A DNA stretch of 64,000 nucleotides from Marsupella aquatica (lineage: Eukaryota; Plantae; Marchantiophyta): contig OZ316899.1 of NCBI GenBank assembly GCA_973895155.1, positions 4,343,241-4,407,240 on the forward strand, given 5' to 3'. This document shows, piece after piece, positions 46,845 through 57,587 of the stretch. The translations under genes and the position numbers were made by a program. Each line of letters opens with the position of its first letter. Position 1 is the first letter of the stretch. The notes under the pieces are model-generated. The model was not told where the DNA came from and did not search any database. It worked only from the letters and a program-made list of their open reading frames with translations.

Positions 46845-49800
46845 ATGTCTTCTATGGGGTCGAAGGTTATGATTGAGAGAAAGAAGACGGGTGATGTTGT
46901 TGTTCTGGATGTTCCGGAGAATAATTTTATCTCTATCAAGGAGTCTTTCCTGTCATTGAGGTTTGGGCTTTTGGAAGATGATTTCATCTGGAAGTTGTTC
47001 CTTCTTTATTCTTGGAAAGGATCCAGAAATCACGAGGTGTCGGATAATGGTTCAGGAATATTGCCAGAGAGAGTTTGGGACCTGAAGTGTGGTTCAGCTC
47101 TAGAGCTAGTCTCATGTAAGGATGACATTGCACAGATCAATGTTTTAGATCCAGAATTGCCAACTCCGCCGTCAATTGCAGTACCCAAAATTATCGACAT
47201 CTCCCCTGAGAGTGTGGGTCGGGATCTCTCTTCTGTATCTACGAAGTCTTTTGAGAAAGTTTTTTTTGAAGCGCTGAGTCATAACGAGTTTCAATCTCAG
47301 CCAGTTCTTTATAGAGTAAGTGCATATGATGCCTTCCTCAATATTACTGGGTCAAGCGAGTTGGAAAATTTCCGAAGGGGAAATGATTGGAAGGAGATTC
47401 AAGTGCAGACTCTGCCCACTTCATACAATGGGAATTGCGTCTTTGAGCTTCCTCCAGTCAAAGGTTAATTTTGTTGAGGATATGGTCTTCAGGACATGGA
47501 TAGGGATAATGACGGCTACCCATGGACGAGACTTCTCACAACTTCAGCTAATCTCAAACCTCGAAACCACTGGTTTGTGTCGAAAGTAAGATGTGCTGGT
47601 GTACTTGAATGTCAAAATCTGGTCTGTAGAAAGTTGAAGCACACTGGTTCCAAAAATGACTCTTCCTTCCAAGGAAAGGGACAATTTACTGAGCCTTTCC
47701 ATCTTGGTGAGCTTGTGGAGGAAGGAGGGTTGGTGTGCAGATTCTATGAGGAGAGGCCTCTCTGCATCCACAAATGTCCGGCTAAACTTTTGTACGTCTA
47801 TCCTAAGTCGTCTCTTGAGTCAAATGTTGCAAAACATATGTCTCGATTGGCTGTTCATATGGATTTCCATGACCACGTTGTTTGGAAAGGGAAATCTTGA
47901 TTGGCAAAAAAGCAGGCAGAGGAGATAGTTTTTGGTGTTCATAAAGCGAATCTTGTGTGTATGCCAGGGCATGTTCTTAACAAGTCTCTAGGAAACCTGG
48001 TTTCTCTTTTGCATCCAGAGTCTTCTTCAGAACTATCAAAAGAAGAAGAGAGAGAGAGATTTGGGAATCGATGAAGGTTGTGTCTACTGTTGAGAAATTC
48101 CAGGCCATATTCCCGAGCGTGAAAATGGATAACCCAAAAAGGGTGAGTTGGATTCACTTCGTGAGATGCAAGCCCGGAATAATTTTCCTTACGTTCAGAG
48201 GTACCTTTTCCCTGGCCAGGGGAGCAAGACCGATCGGGCTCATGTCTTCAAAATGAGTACCAATGGCCCAGGTTATGGTGTTGATATTCTGAGGCAGATG
48301 AAGAGTGGAGGTGAGCTGGAAGGAGCATGGGTCAGTTCTGACGTGATGCGGAGAATAAGCACTGGGTGGCTGACATTCAGCGCCCATGTGTACAACCATA
48401 ATTACAGGTCCCTTTGTACCATCTTCACTTGTGAGCTCCGTGCGAAGGACTCCTTGTCTCTCAAAATTGCATGGAGACATATGATTGAAGTTGCCTCTGA
48501 TCATGATGTACATGACCCGGTCATTGGAGGATTTATTGTCGATAATGCTGAGGCTGGATGGATCGCCATTTGGAATGTTTTTTTGGGAGGGGTCCGTCAC
48601 CCTAAGAAGGAGCACAGTGACGCCTTTCACTTTGCTCAATCTCTTCATCGGCACACATTGGAGGGTATTCAGGAAGATCGGCATTGGGAGCACTATAAAA
48701 TGTGGGAAAGGCTGAGAACAGCACCAATATATGTTCAGGCATATCGAGTTGCTGACAAAATCCATCGTTGGTGGAAGAAAGGAAACTGCTATGCTGGGAA
48801 ATTGAAGTCTCTCAAAGGATGGATTTCTTGGTAGGTAGTGAGGTGGAGGCAGTGGGGGAACTTCATCCGCGTAGTAAGTTACCTATTTCCTTTCTCTTTG
48901 ATGTCCTTGTTTTTTGCTAGCAATCTTGCTAGCATACCAGGTCCATTTCTGACGGGGGACTTTTTTGCAGACGCAAACCGCAATGGAGTCAGCCTTGATG
49001 CCAAATTGTACTGGAGCGGAATCAGTTCATGCCTCCATGAGATCCTGCCAAATGAAGAAACTAGTGGGATTGATTGAAGCATGTGAGGTGGACCAGAACC
49101 GTGTTGCGGGGCAAATTGTTGCATTTACTGCATACATTGAAGGTGTTCACAGAGGCCAAGGGCCGACCATTTTTGAGTTAGCATATAGGAACGCCGATGC
49201 GATGGGATCAATGGATGCTTACAAAAAGGCAGCAAATCTTTTGCTTGAGTCATCAGCTAAGTATGAATTCTATAGAACAGTACCATTACATGGGGATATC
49301 CGAACAACATCCACGAAGAGGAAAGGGAAAGCTTCAGCTACAATCCACGAGAATGACTCCCACAGACATGACAAAGTGTCACGCACAACAGCTTCTCCTT
49401 CAGGTCTAAAAAGGTGGAATCTTTATCTTGAATTCCGCTGCGTCAATGTTTCAGAGACTTCTGGGGATCCAGAAATAGCAAGGAACACAACTTCGGGAAC
49501 TCCTTTCGGAGGTTGCTCTCCAGGAGTTATCCATGTTTCAGATGATGATGGTGATGATGCAAGTCATAATGTCAATGATACCAAGCAGATGGGAACTCAA
49601 CCTTTGCATGATGTTAGGGATGACCATCGGGATGCCCCCCAAAGGATCCCTTCCATCCAAGCGGGAGAGGCAGAGCGGGAGAGGTGTTGGACCTGGTTAC
49701 AACGGGTTGGTTGACCGAAGCATTTTTGGAAGAGATGAATGTAGAAATCTCATCAAGGAGACTGGATGTAAGTCCGCGCAAGGGGGAATTGTTGGAGTTG

Positions 49801-50513
49801 CCATTCACAGGTTGCGATTATCGTCTCCACACCGCCAGTTGTTGTACTTTTGTCCTAACAATAAGTGTCACAAGAGCCGAGGACACAGAACTCTAGCTCA
49901 ACTACCCCCCCCCCACCCGAGTCGCTCAAGGTTCAACGTGGGACTTGCCTCTCCCATCCCAAGATTGATTTTCTACTAAGATTAGGATTCCAGATCAGTG
50001 GACTGTCCTATGTTGTTGCAAAAGAAGTTGGGGAGTTCTCCTCCCCCAACCGGGTCGACCTGCAAATTGATGTTAACTCATTCCAGGAACAAATCGATCT
50101 AACTAATGTGAACTGTCGATTGAAAACCCAAAATGGTAAGGGTGCATGGCAGCGTTTCAGCAATACTCCAGAGTTGCTGAAGTGTATCGTTTCCGCTACA
50201 CAAGAGTACGTACATGAGAGTTTCCGGAAATGAGAAGGTAAGTACCGGAAATGGATGGGGTTGGAGATACTTGATCGCCACTCACGAGACTGATTCACAA
50301 GTTCTGCACACATATTGGGTGCAAATCTGTTGTTTCCCTTTGTGTTCTTGTGAAGACTTTTATATGAGGCATACACGAGGGAAACCATACATGTCTTGTA
50401 AACATCTGTTGTGGGTGTATTTAAACAAGTTTTCACTCAACCTGGAGAGGGACGACCTTGTCAAACAGCCAATTCTAACTGTTGGGGACGTGAGGAGTTT
50501 AATTCTGTTATAG
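46845..50513 (+). pseudogene. MULE (MuDR-like) transposase copy 2 with C-terminal SWIM finger
   Basis: Zn-finger region 47496-47900; VSSDVMR, FIVDNAEAGW, DAFHFAQSL, GAESVHASM; intron about 48872-48968; SWIM CSCEDF..CKHL at about 50340-50410. Stops and frameshifts are present. Confidence 0.82.
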
Positions 50514-50999
50514 ATAGGGGACTAGTTATTTATTGGAGATGCTAATTTTAGGGTGGTGGGAGAGGATTACTTGAGGTAGTGGTTTCACAAATACCAATCT
50601 ATTTTCAACTTTGAGAAATAAATTACTTGAATCTTATGGCCAAACTAATGTTGTAGTTCAACTGGCTCCTATTTTTGTAATGCTTTACAAACCGAGTGAA
50701 TCTCCATAATGTTGGCGAGGTCCTAACACCAATATCTTATATGGTGTTCATGTTCTGTGTTAAAGGCTAGCGATCTCGCTAGTCTTCGGATGTTTAGTGT
50801 TTCTCTGGACTAGAATCTATCTAGTTGTAGTTGGTATGATCAAAACGATGTCAGTATTATGCTAGCAATCTTGCTAGTCTGAGAAAATCTCTAATCCAAT
50901 GCAATCTGACTTACATAGTTGGCGGTAGAGTGCAACACTAGTACATTTTTGACGACTTTCTGATACTCAAAATGCGACTATTTTGTCATGTCCAAACCC

Positions 51000-51470
51000 G
51001 AGAGTATCGGACGTTGTTCGATACAAATACCTTCGTAATGTCCGATGTGCACCGCATCGGATTTAGTTAGTCCGATGTGTTCCCTAACACAACCAATATC
51101 CCATATCGGTTACATCGGAACATTTCCAAAACTAAATGAATCGGACATTTGACCCAAAAAGTATTGTCAAGGGTCCGATCTTCAGGTTATCGGATACAAT
51201 GTGCCTTAGAGACAACATCGAATATTTTCCGATGTTTATTCCAACGGACATGGTTTTCGTAATAGAATACTATGGACATAAATTGCGTAAGGTAAAGAAT
51301 CGGAAACATTTCCGAAGCGGTCAATATTGGACCCCTTTGTTGGAACATTGGACGAGGGGTCCGATGTTTCCAATATCAGATGTGAGTGTTCCGATAGTTG
51401 TGATATCGGACAATTGCTGCGATTGAGCCTTTTGTGCTCCGATGCAAGTTCCATCGGATAGACCATTGGA
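51000..51470. repeat. Left subterminal repeats (TCCGAT/ATCGGA, both orientations)
   Basis: About 15 copies, e.g. gtatcggac, gtccgatgt, catcggatt, gtccgatct, ttccgatag. Confidence 0.9.
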
Positions 51471-51649
51471 CACTGGTTATCTTGAGGTTCTTAGTTGAGT
51501 GGGGTTGAGAGAAGTATTAGAGATACTTTATGGAATATGTTTTATGCAAGAGTGGACATTGAGAAACAAATATAGTGCCGAGAAATATATAATATCGGGA
51601 AAATAAACACAAATATGGTAGGGGGCTAGCTATAGTTGCTACTTACTAG

Positions 51650-54600
51650 CTAAGTGGTGGAGGGGATGTCATCATCTTCCACTACAACTATGTTGGGTCT
51701 ATCCTGGACTATGGATTGTGATCGAGGGATATATGGCATCACAATAGACCAATTTGAGTCATCCGGATAAGGTAGGTAAAAACATTGCTCAAGGTGATGT
51801 GGGAATGCAAACGGATCTGAAGACCTCCAATTTGAGCTAATAACACTTGTCTTCAACCGAGTAAATCCGCATGCATCATCTTCACATGTACGATTGTGGC
51901 CCACAAGATTCATCTTGAACCATTTGCACTTCAATACCACTTCCTCCAAAGTAGTATGTGCATGGTACTTCACAGTTAGGATCTCCTCAATCTTTCCATA
52001 ATGAGCGATAGTGGACCGAATGGGATTCCTGTCCGATGTGCTGCTCTGTGAATCCTGGGTGAACCAACCCATGACCCCACAATCTTGTGTAGCTGCCCTC
52101 TTCTCATCAAGTCGTTCCACACGAAAGTGTCTTCCCTTGGACCACATGGCAGTCCGAGTTGTGACTAGTGGACCATGAACAAGGGTACAAAGCTTATCAG
52201 TCACCTCTGGATAATGCAATACACTCTCCCTTGTACCCACCAAGGCATCCACTTCTAACAACTTTGACTTCATGTATGGGTGAAACTTAGGAAATATCCG
52301 TGGTCGTCGACTATTTTGCTTCTCCTCCTCATAAAACGATGTCCACTCCCCTACAACCTCTGGTGAGTTGTACAACATAAATGTTGTGAGTTGCAAACGC
52401 TCCGCTGAGCTTAAGAGACGCTCTTTTGATGCCCCAATGAGTCTATCATCCTCGTAGTCCGCCTCTCGTGCCGCCTCATCTATCCATCCCCTAGGAGCAT
52501 TTGGATCTAGTGTGGCAACTATGTTTGTACAATAAAACATATTCTCTGCTCCAAGATGACGCTCTGCAATGCTACCTTCCACCCTAGCGCGATTAGAGAC
52601 ATACAATTTCATCACTCCCATATAACGCTCTACCCAATACATCCATCGACAATGCACTGGGCCTGCAATTGCAACCTCACGCACTAAATGTATGAGAAAA
52701 TGAACCTGACCAACAAAAAATGAGGGAGGGAGTGCCTTCTCCAACTTGCACACAACCTCTACTCCAAATGTCTCCATTGCAGCAGTTTCATCCTCCTGTA
52801 CCTCCTTCTGACATACCCATCTCAAAAGCTTTCCCAATGACCAAAGGGCATCACGAAGTTCCTCACTACCCAATCCAATAATCGCAACTGGAATGACATG
52901 TTCTAGTAACCAATGATAATCATGTGTTTTCAAGTAAGATGGCCATTTTGGAGAATCATCCCCCCCAAATGCTTTTCGGAGATTTGCGCCATAACCTGTG
53001 GGAAACCTCATTGACCCAATACGTCTGCAAAACTCAGTGCGCTCTGCCCTACTCAAAACCCAAGGAGGATGGATGTTGGGGGGGTCACCAGGGGGGTCCA
53101 AAGATGGCAAAAAACCAAGAAGACCATGCATCCCCATCTCCTCACAACTTTCTCTCCAATTGTGGTTCTTTTCCCCATATAGATGACAAATCAATGATCT
53201 GCCCACATTCCCCTCAATGTGCATCGGATCTAACAAGTGATTAATGGGCAACTCTGACCAATATGGCAATTGTGACAATGCAGACAAACGGGTCATGCCA
53301 CATCGGAGAATTTGTAATGGATCATCTGGGTCTTGAACTCTTTCCCATACCTCTCTCCAATATGTTGGACCCTTTTGCTGAGGTTGAGGACGAGTATCGG
53401 GTTGGCCATCTTCAGTATCATACAAGAAATGATCACTCCTCCAAGGATGGTCTTCTGGAAGATATTTGGTATGGCCAATGTAAACTATCTTACGCAAAGT
53501 ACTTGACTTGCGTCTTGACACACCCTCCAAATCTGGTCCGCACGAAGGGCAAGCTCTATAGCCTGATGTTTGCAATCCAGAGATATATCCAAACCCTGCG
53601 CTTGATCAATACACAACCAGCCAATGAAAGTAAGTTAAATGATACAAATTATAACCAAAATTAATTAATTAATAAGCATGGTGTAAATAGATAGCAATGG
53701 AAATAAGGGTTTAATACCCTACCTGGCAAATCATGCATGGTCCACATAAGAATGGCCTTCATGGTAAATGTGCGGGATAAACCTCTAGTGTTGTCACGTC
53801 CGTCATAACAATCCACCCCTCTCCAAAGTTTCAAAAGCTCATCAATCAAGGGTTGCAAGTAAATGTCAATCTTTTTTACTTGCTTAGGACCAGGGATGAT
53901 GATTGAGAGTAGTAGATGATCTTTCTTCATGGCCATCCATGGAGGGATATTGTAATTTGTGAGAACTACAGGCCATACTGAATATGGCTTAGCTTTACCT
54001 GCTAATGCAAAAGGACTGATACCATCTTCTGCCAAGCCAAGTCGAACATGTCGCGGGTCAGTTTTGAACTCACCCCATCTGCCCTCTACAAATCGATTGG
54101 TAGGAGAGTCTACCATCATCTGCATGGTACTAGAGTCTGTACCCATATCCGAACGATGTTGTGAGTGCCAGACCATATACTCAGCCAACTCTGCACAACG
54201 ATATTGATGGCGCAATCGAGGGATGAGAGGAAAGTACCGCATAACCTTTTGAGGCACCTTCCCCGTCAACATGTCATCACGGAACCGTGGCTTCTCACAC
54301 ATAGGACATATAATTGCATTCTCATGCTCACCCCTGAAAAGAATGCAATCATTCACACATGCATGTATCACTTCATATTTTAGGCCAATGGACTTCAACA
54401 CCTGTTTAGCCTCCTTCCAAGAGCTTGGCATGTTGTTGCCTGGTGGTAAAATACGATCATGTAGGGTACGAAAAACATCATCCAAAAGTAGGTTGCTTGC
54501 CCCATGTCTTTGTTGCACATTCAACAGCAACATTATTGCTGAGAGCCGAGATAGCCTACTCCCCTCAAATATGCGAGTACGAGCATGACGTTGAGCCTCT

Positions 54601-54861
54601 TCCCATTCCTTCTGCTGGCCCCCTAGAGACATGCGGATGAGTGTTGTTGTCATCCTGGCTACCCATGTCCTCCATACCAATGTCCGCATCATCGTCATAG
54701 AACTGATCCATGAGCTCATCCATGGCCCTCTCCTCGTCAACATGATATTCGGTTGGATTGCCCCCCTCATGCTGTACCTCAGTCTCCTCCCCACGATTGG
54801 CCACCATGGCCTCAACAAGGTGTTGCCGCATAGCTCGTGATATTACCCCAATATCAGGCAC
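51650..54861 (-). CDS. tnpD: CACTA transposase TnpD-like (two main exons; one frame change near 54620)
   Basis: YEVIHACVNDCILF..CPMC, MRYFPLIPRL, LGLAEDGISPF, YSVWPV..YNIPPW, IDIYLQPLIDEL, WTMHDLPG|FGYISG..GYRACPSC (intron about 53596-53712), LDPMHIEGNV, RWMYWVERYM, LKCKWF, DPF..QCFY. Confidence 0.9.
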
Positions 54862-54966
54862 TACATATTGGTTCTATCATACAACATGCATCCATGTAAT
54901 GTCATCAACATCAATCTTGCCAACAATCTCATTAATCCAACATTAGAAATGGAAAATAAATTTCAG

Positions 54967-54988
54967 ATATATATATATATATATATAT
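54967..54988. repeat. (AT)11 microsatellite
   Basis: Direct reading. Confidence 0.9.
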
Positions 54989-55002
54989 GTAAGCCCAAGA
55001 AA

Positions 55003-55710
55003 CTAAGTTGGACGAGAATGTAGAGACAATTTTGGTGCATCCCAGTCATAATCACACAATAACTCCTCTCCCGCTCTAATGGTCCTAATGGCCATTGTCA
55101 TGATGTGGTCATCCATATGTTTCACAAAATATGGGTTTCTAGGTGGACCAAACATTTGGATCCACTCTACATTAGCCTCCAAATCTCTACCTCTACCTGT
55201 GGTACTATTGATGTATCCTGCTAAATTTCCATTCCTAACAGGGTCACCGTCAATCATCCGACAATGCCACGGCCTAGTGAACACCTCGTCTGGGTCTGAG
55301 TCCATCCTCAATGCATACACCCCCCAACTTGGGTGTTGACGCAACAAAATGTTCCAACTCTTTGTGTTATATACAGCCCCAATATAAGGGAAAAGGTGCT
55401 CTCCATCGTAGCCACGTCTCCATGGCTTTGGAGGGACAACAATGTCATCCAAAGCATATAGACCATATCCTATATCAGCACCAATAGAGGACTCCTTCAC
55501 TATCCAAGGATGGCCCCATATCTCCACAGGTTCATCAATAGGAATGTAATCTGGAAATTTGAAGACACTGGGAGAAAAGTCTTTCAAAACGTCTGCAGCC
55601 CTGCCAGTGAGATAGGATACTCCAAATCGGCCCTCAACGCCAATGTAATCTACATTTGTTGGAGGACGATCACTACCTAACACCCCCTCCCGGATGTCTA
55701 TGTGGTCCAC
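55003..55710 (-). CDS. SET-domain protein carried by the CACTA element
   Basis: IVKESSIGADIGYGLYALDDI (GxG motif), GNLAGYINS (RFINHS-like), MAIRTIRAGEELLCDYDW (ELxYDY-like). The frame probably extends upstream to an acceptor near 55947. Confidence 0.8.
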   Translation of the reverse strand: MDHIDIREGVLGSDRPPTNVDYIGVEGRFGVSYLTGRAADVLKDFSPSVFKFPDYIPIDEPVEIWGHPWIVKESSIGADIGYGLYALDDIVVPPKPWRRGYDGEHLFPYIGAVYNTKSWNILLRQHPSWGVYALRMDSDPDEVFTRPWHCRMIDGDPVRNGNLAGYINSTTGRGRDLEANVEWIQMFGPPRNPYFVKHMDDHIMTMAIRTIRAGEELLCDYDWDAPKLSLHSRPT

Positions 55711-56038
55711 AGGCTCGTACTGCCATCTACGTCTATGAGACCGTGCTCGTGTACGTAGGACTCTTGAAGTCCCAACCTCTGGCCAAGATACTGGTTCTCC
55801 CTCTACATGATCATGTATGGGGATAGGAGCTGGGGGGCTAAGAGGAGGATGGGCAGGGGGGCTGCAAGCAAGTCTCTAGCCCTTGCTAGGAATCCTTCTA
55901 GCCACACAGCCTCATCAACCAAAGGAGGTGGGGGTCTACGGGGCACCTATTTCAGCACACAATAAATTAGTGTTATTTAAATGCAAGCCCAATTGGAGTT
56001 TCATGAATGGAATTAAATGGGAGACATATATATTACCT

Positions 56039-56267
56039 GGCTAGGCAAGTACCCTGGTGTATCACCCTCATGACGGCCATAGTTCTCAATGTGCTCACAA
56101 GTCTCCCAGGCATGTCGGACCACAAGTCCCTTGCATCTCACACACCAGCAAGATATGGGCCCTAGTGGAGCACGAGGACGCTCAAGAGGAGGGGGTGGAG
56201 GAACCTCCCCCTCTGATGAGCTCGTGTCTGAGTCTGAATCCGACGTGGAACTATCGGATGTAGACAT
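56039..56267 (-). CDS. Small first exon with CxCxxC...H...G motif (transposase-associated Zn domain-like)
   Basis: SCWCVRCKGLVVRHAWETCEHIENYG, ending at CAG|GTAATA. Confidence 0.55.
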
Positions 56268-57587
56268 CTACATATCATACACATCCAACATGTAAGGCGG
56301 ATTCAACAACTTATCATGTTTAAAACCACAATTAAAGAGATATATAAACATCAATTGCCCTACCTCAATGATACCCGCGCTTTGCCGTGCCTACTGGGCT
56401 GTATTCTCTACACACAAGGTGTGGGATATCCAAAATCTCTACAGCGTGGAGATGAGTTACACAAATGCTGCATAAATGCAAAAAAGTACTTGACTGACTT
56501 TTGGCACACGATATATCAAACTTGCCAAAGCAGACCTCAATGTTCCAATCCAAAATGGATGGATGGGCCGGGGAATCATACCTCGTGGATGCGCGGTCTC
56601 ACACTATGCATAGTGCGTTGTCCAAGAACAAAACCCTACCTAGCTACCCCCCTCAGCCCAAAAAAAAAAACCTAGCTACCCCTCGATCAAAACCTAGGTA
56701 CTGCACATAAAATCCAATCACAACCATTAGTGTAACAAAGGCTTAACATTATCCTCAAAAAATGTCTAACAATATCCTATGTATTAAAACCCTATACCAA
56801 TAAATCCCAAAACCCCTCAAAGCCCTAAAGTCCTTCAAAGAGAATTGGGATCAATTATAGTAAAAGAGTAAATCTAGGTACCACTTACTAGCCAAAACAC
56901 CTTGACTTATCCTTGCATCCATCACTCAATGTTGAGCAAGTTAAGGCCCTATAATTACAATACTATACAACTTAGCTTTATAAATTTAGGGTGCAATAAA
57001 TTAAGCATGCAATCACAACCATATTTTAGTTATCTTAGGAAATACAAAGTCATGAACTAACCCCAAAATTGTAGTTGCAAAGAAGGAACTTGCAAGAGGC
57101 CGGGTAACATATACACAATATGCCATCCCATTCACGGTGTTACCTAAAAAAAACCGGATATATTCAAAATGACCACAAAAAAGTGACTATAACCCTCCCT
57201 TCTATTACCCCACCCAATTACTTAATTCCATGCTCCACATACAAACCCAAACACCCAAACTAAACCCAAAGTAAATAGATTTGACCTCCTATGGGACCAA
57301 AACATGGAATCCGTTATAGCTGATCGAGGGGTCCGATACTAAAACAAACGGAAGCAGCATCGTAAAAGCAGGAGAAAGAAAAGCAAGGAGGGGTCCGAAG
57401 CAAAACGCATCCAAAGGTCCGATTGTAGGTCCGATTCTTTCGGCTTTGGACATTGCGTTGCATAAAGTATTGGAAACAACAGACCTGTTTTCAAAAAATA
57501 AGTCCCGATGCGGATGCGAAGATCCGGGCATCGGGCCAAGCTTCGCATTTCGTGTTTTGCGAGGCCGGGAGGCTCAGGTAGACGTCG

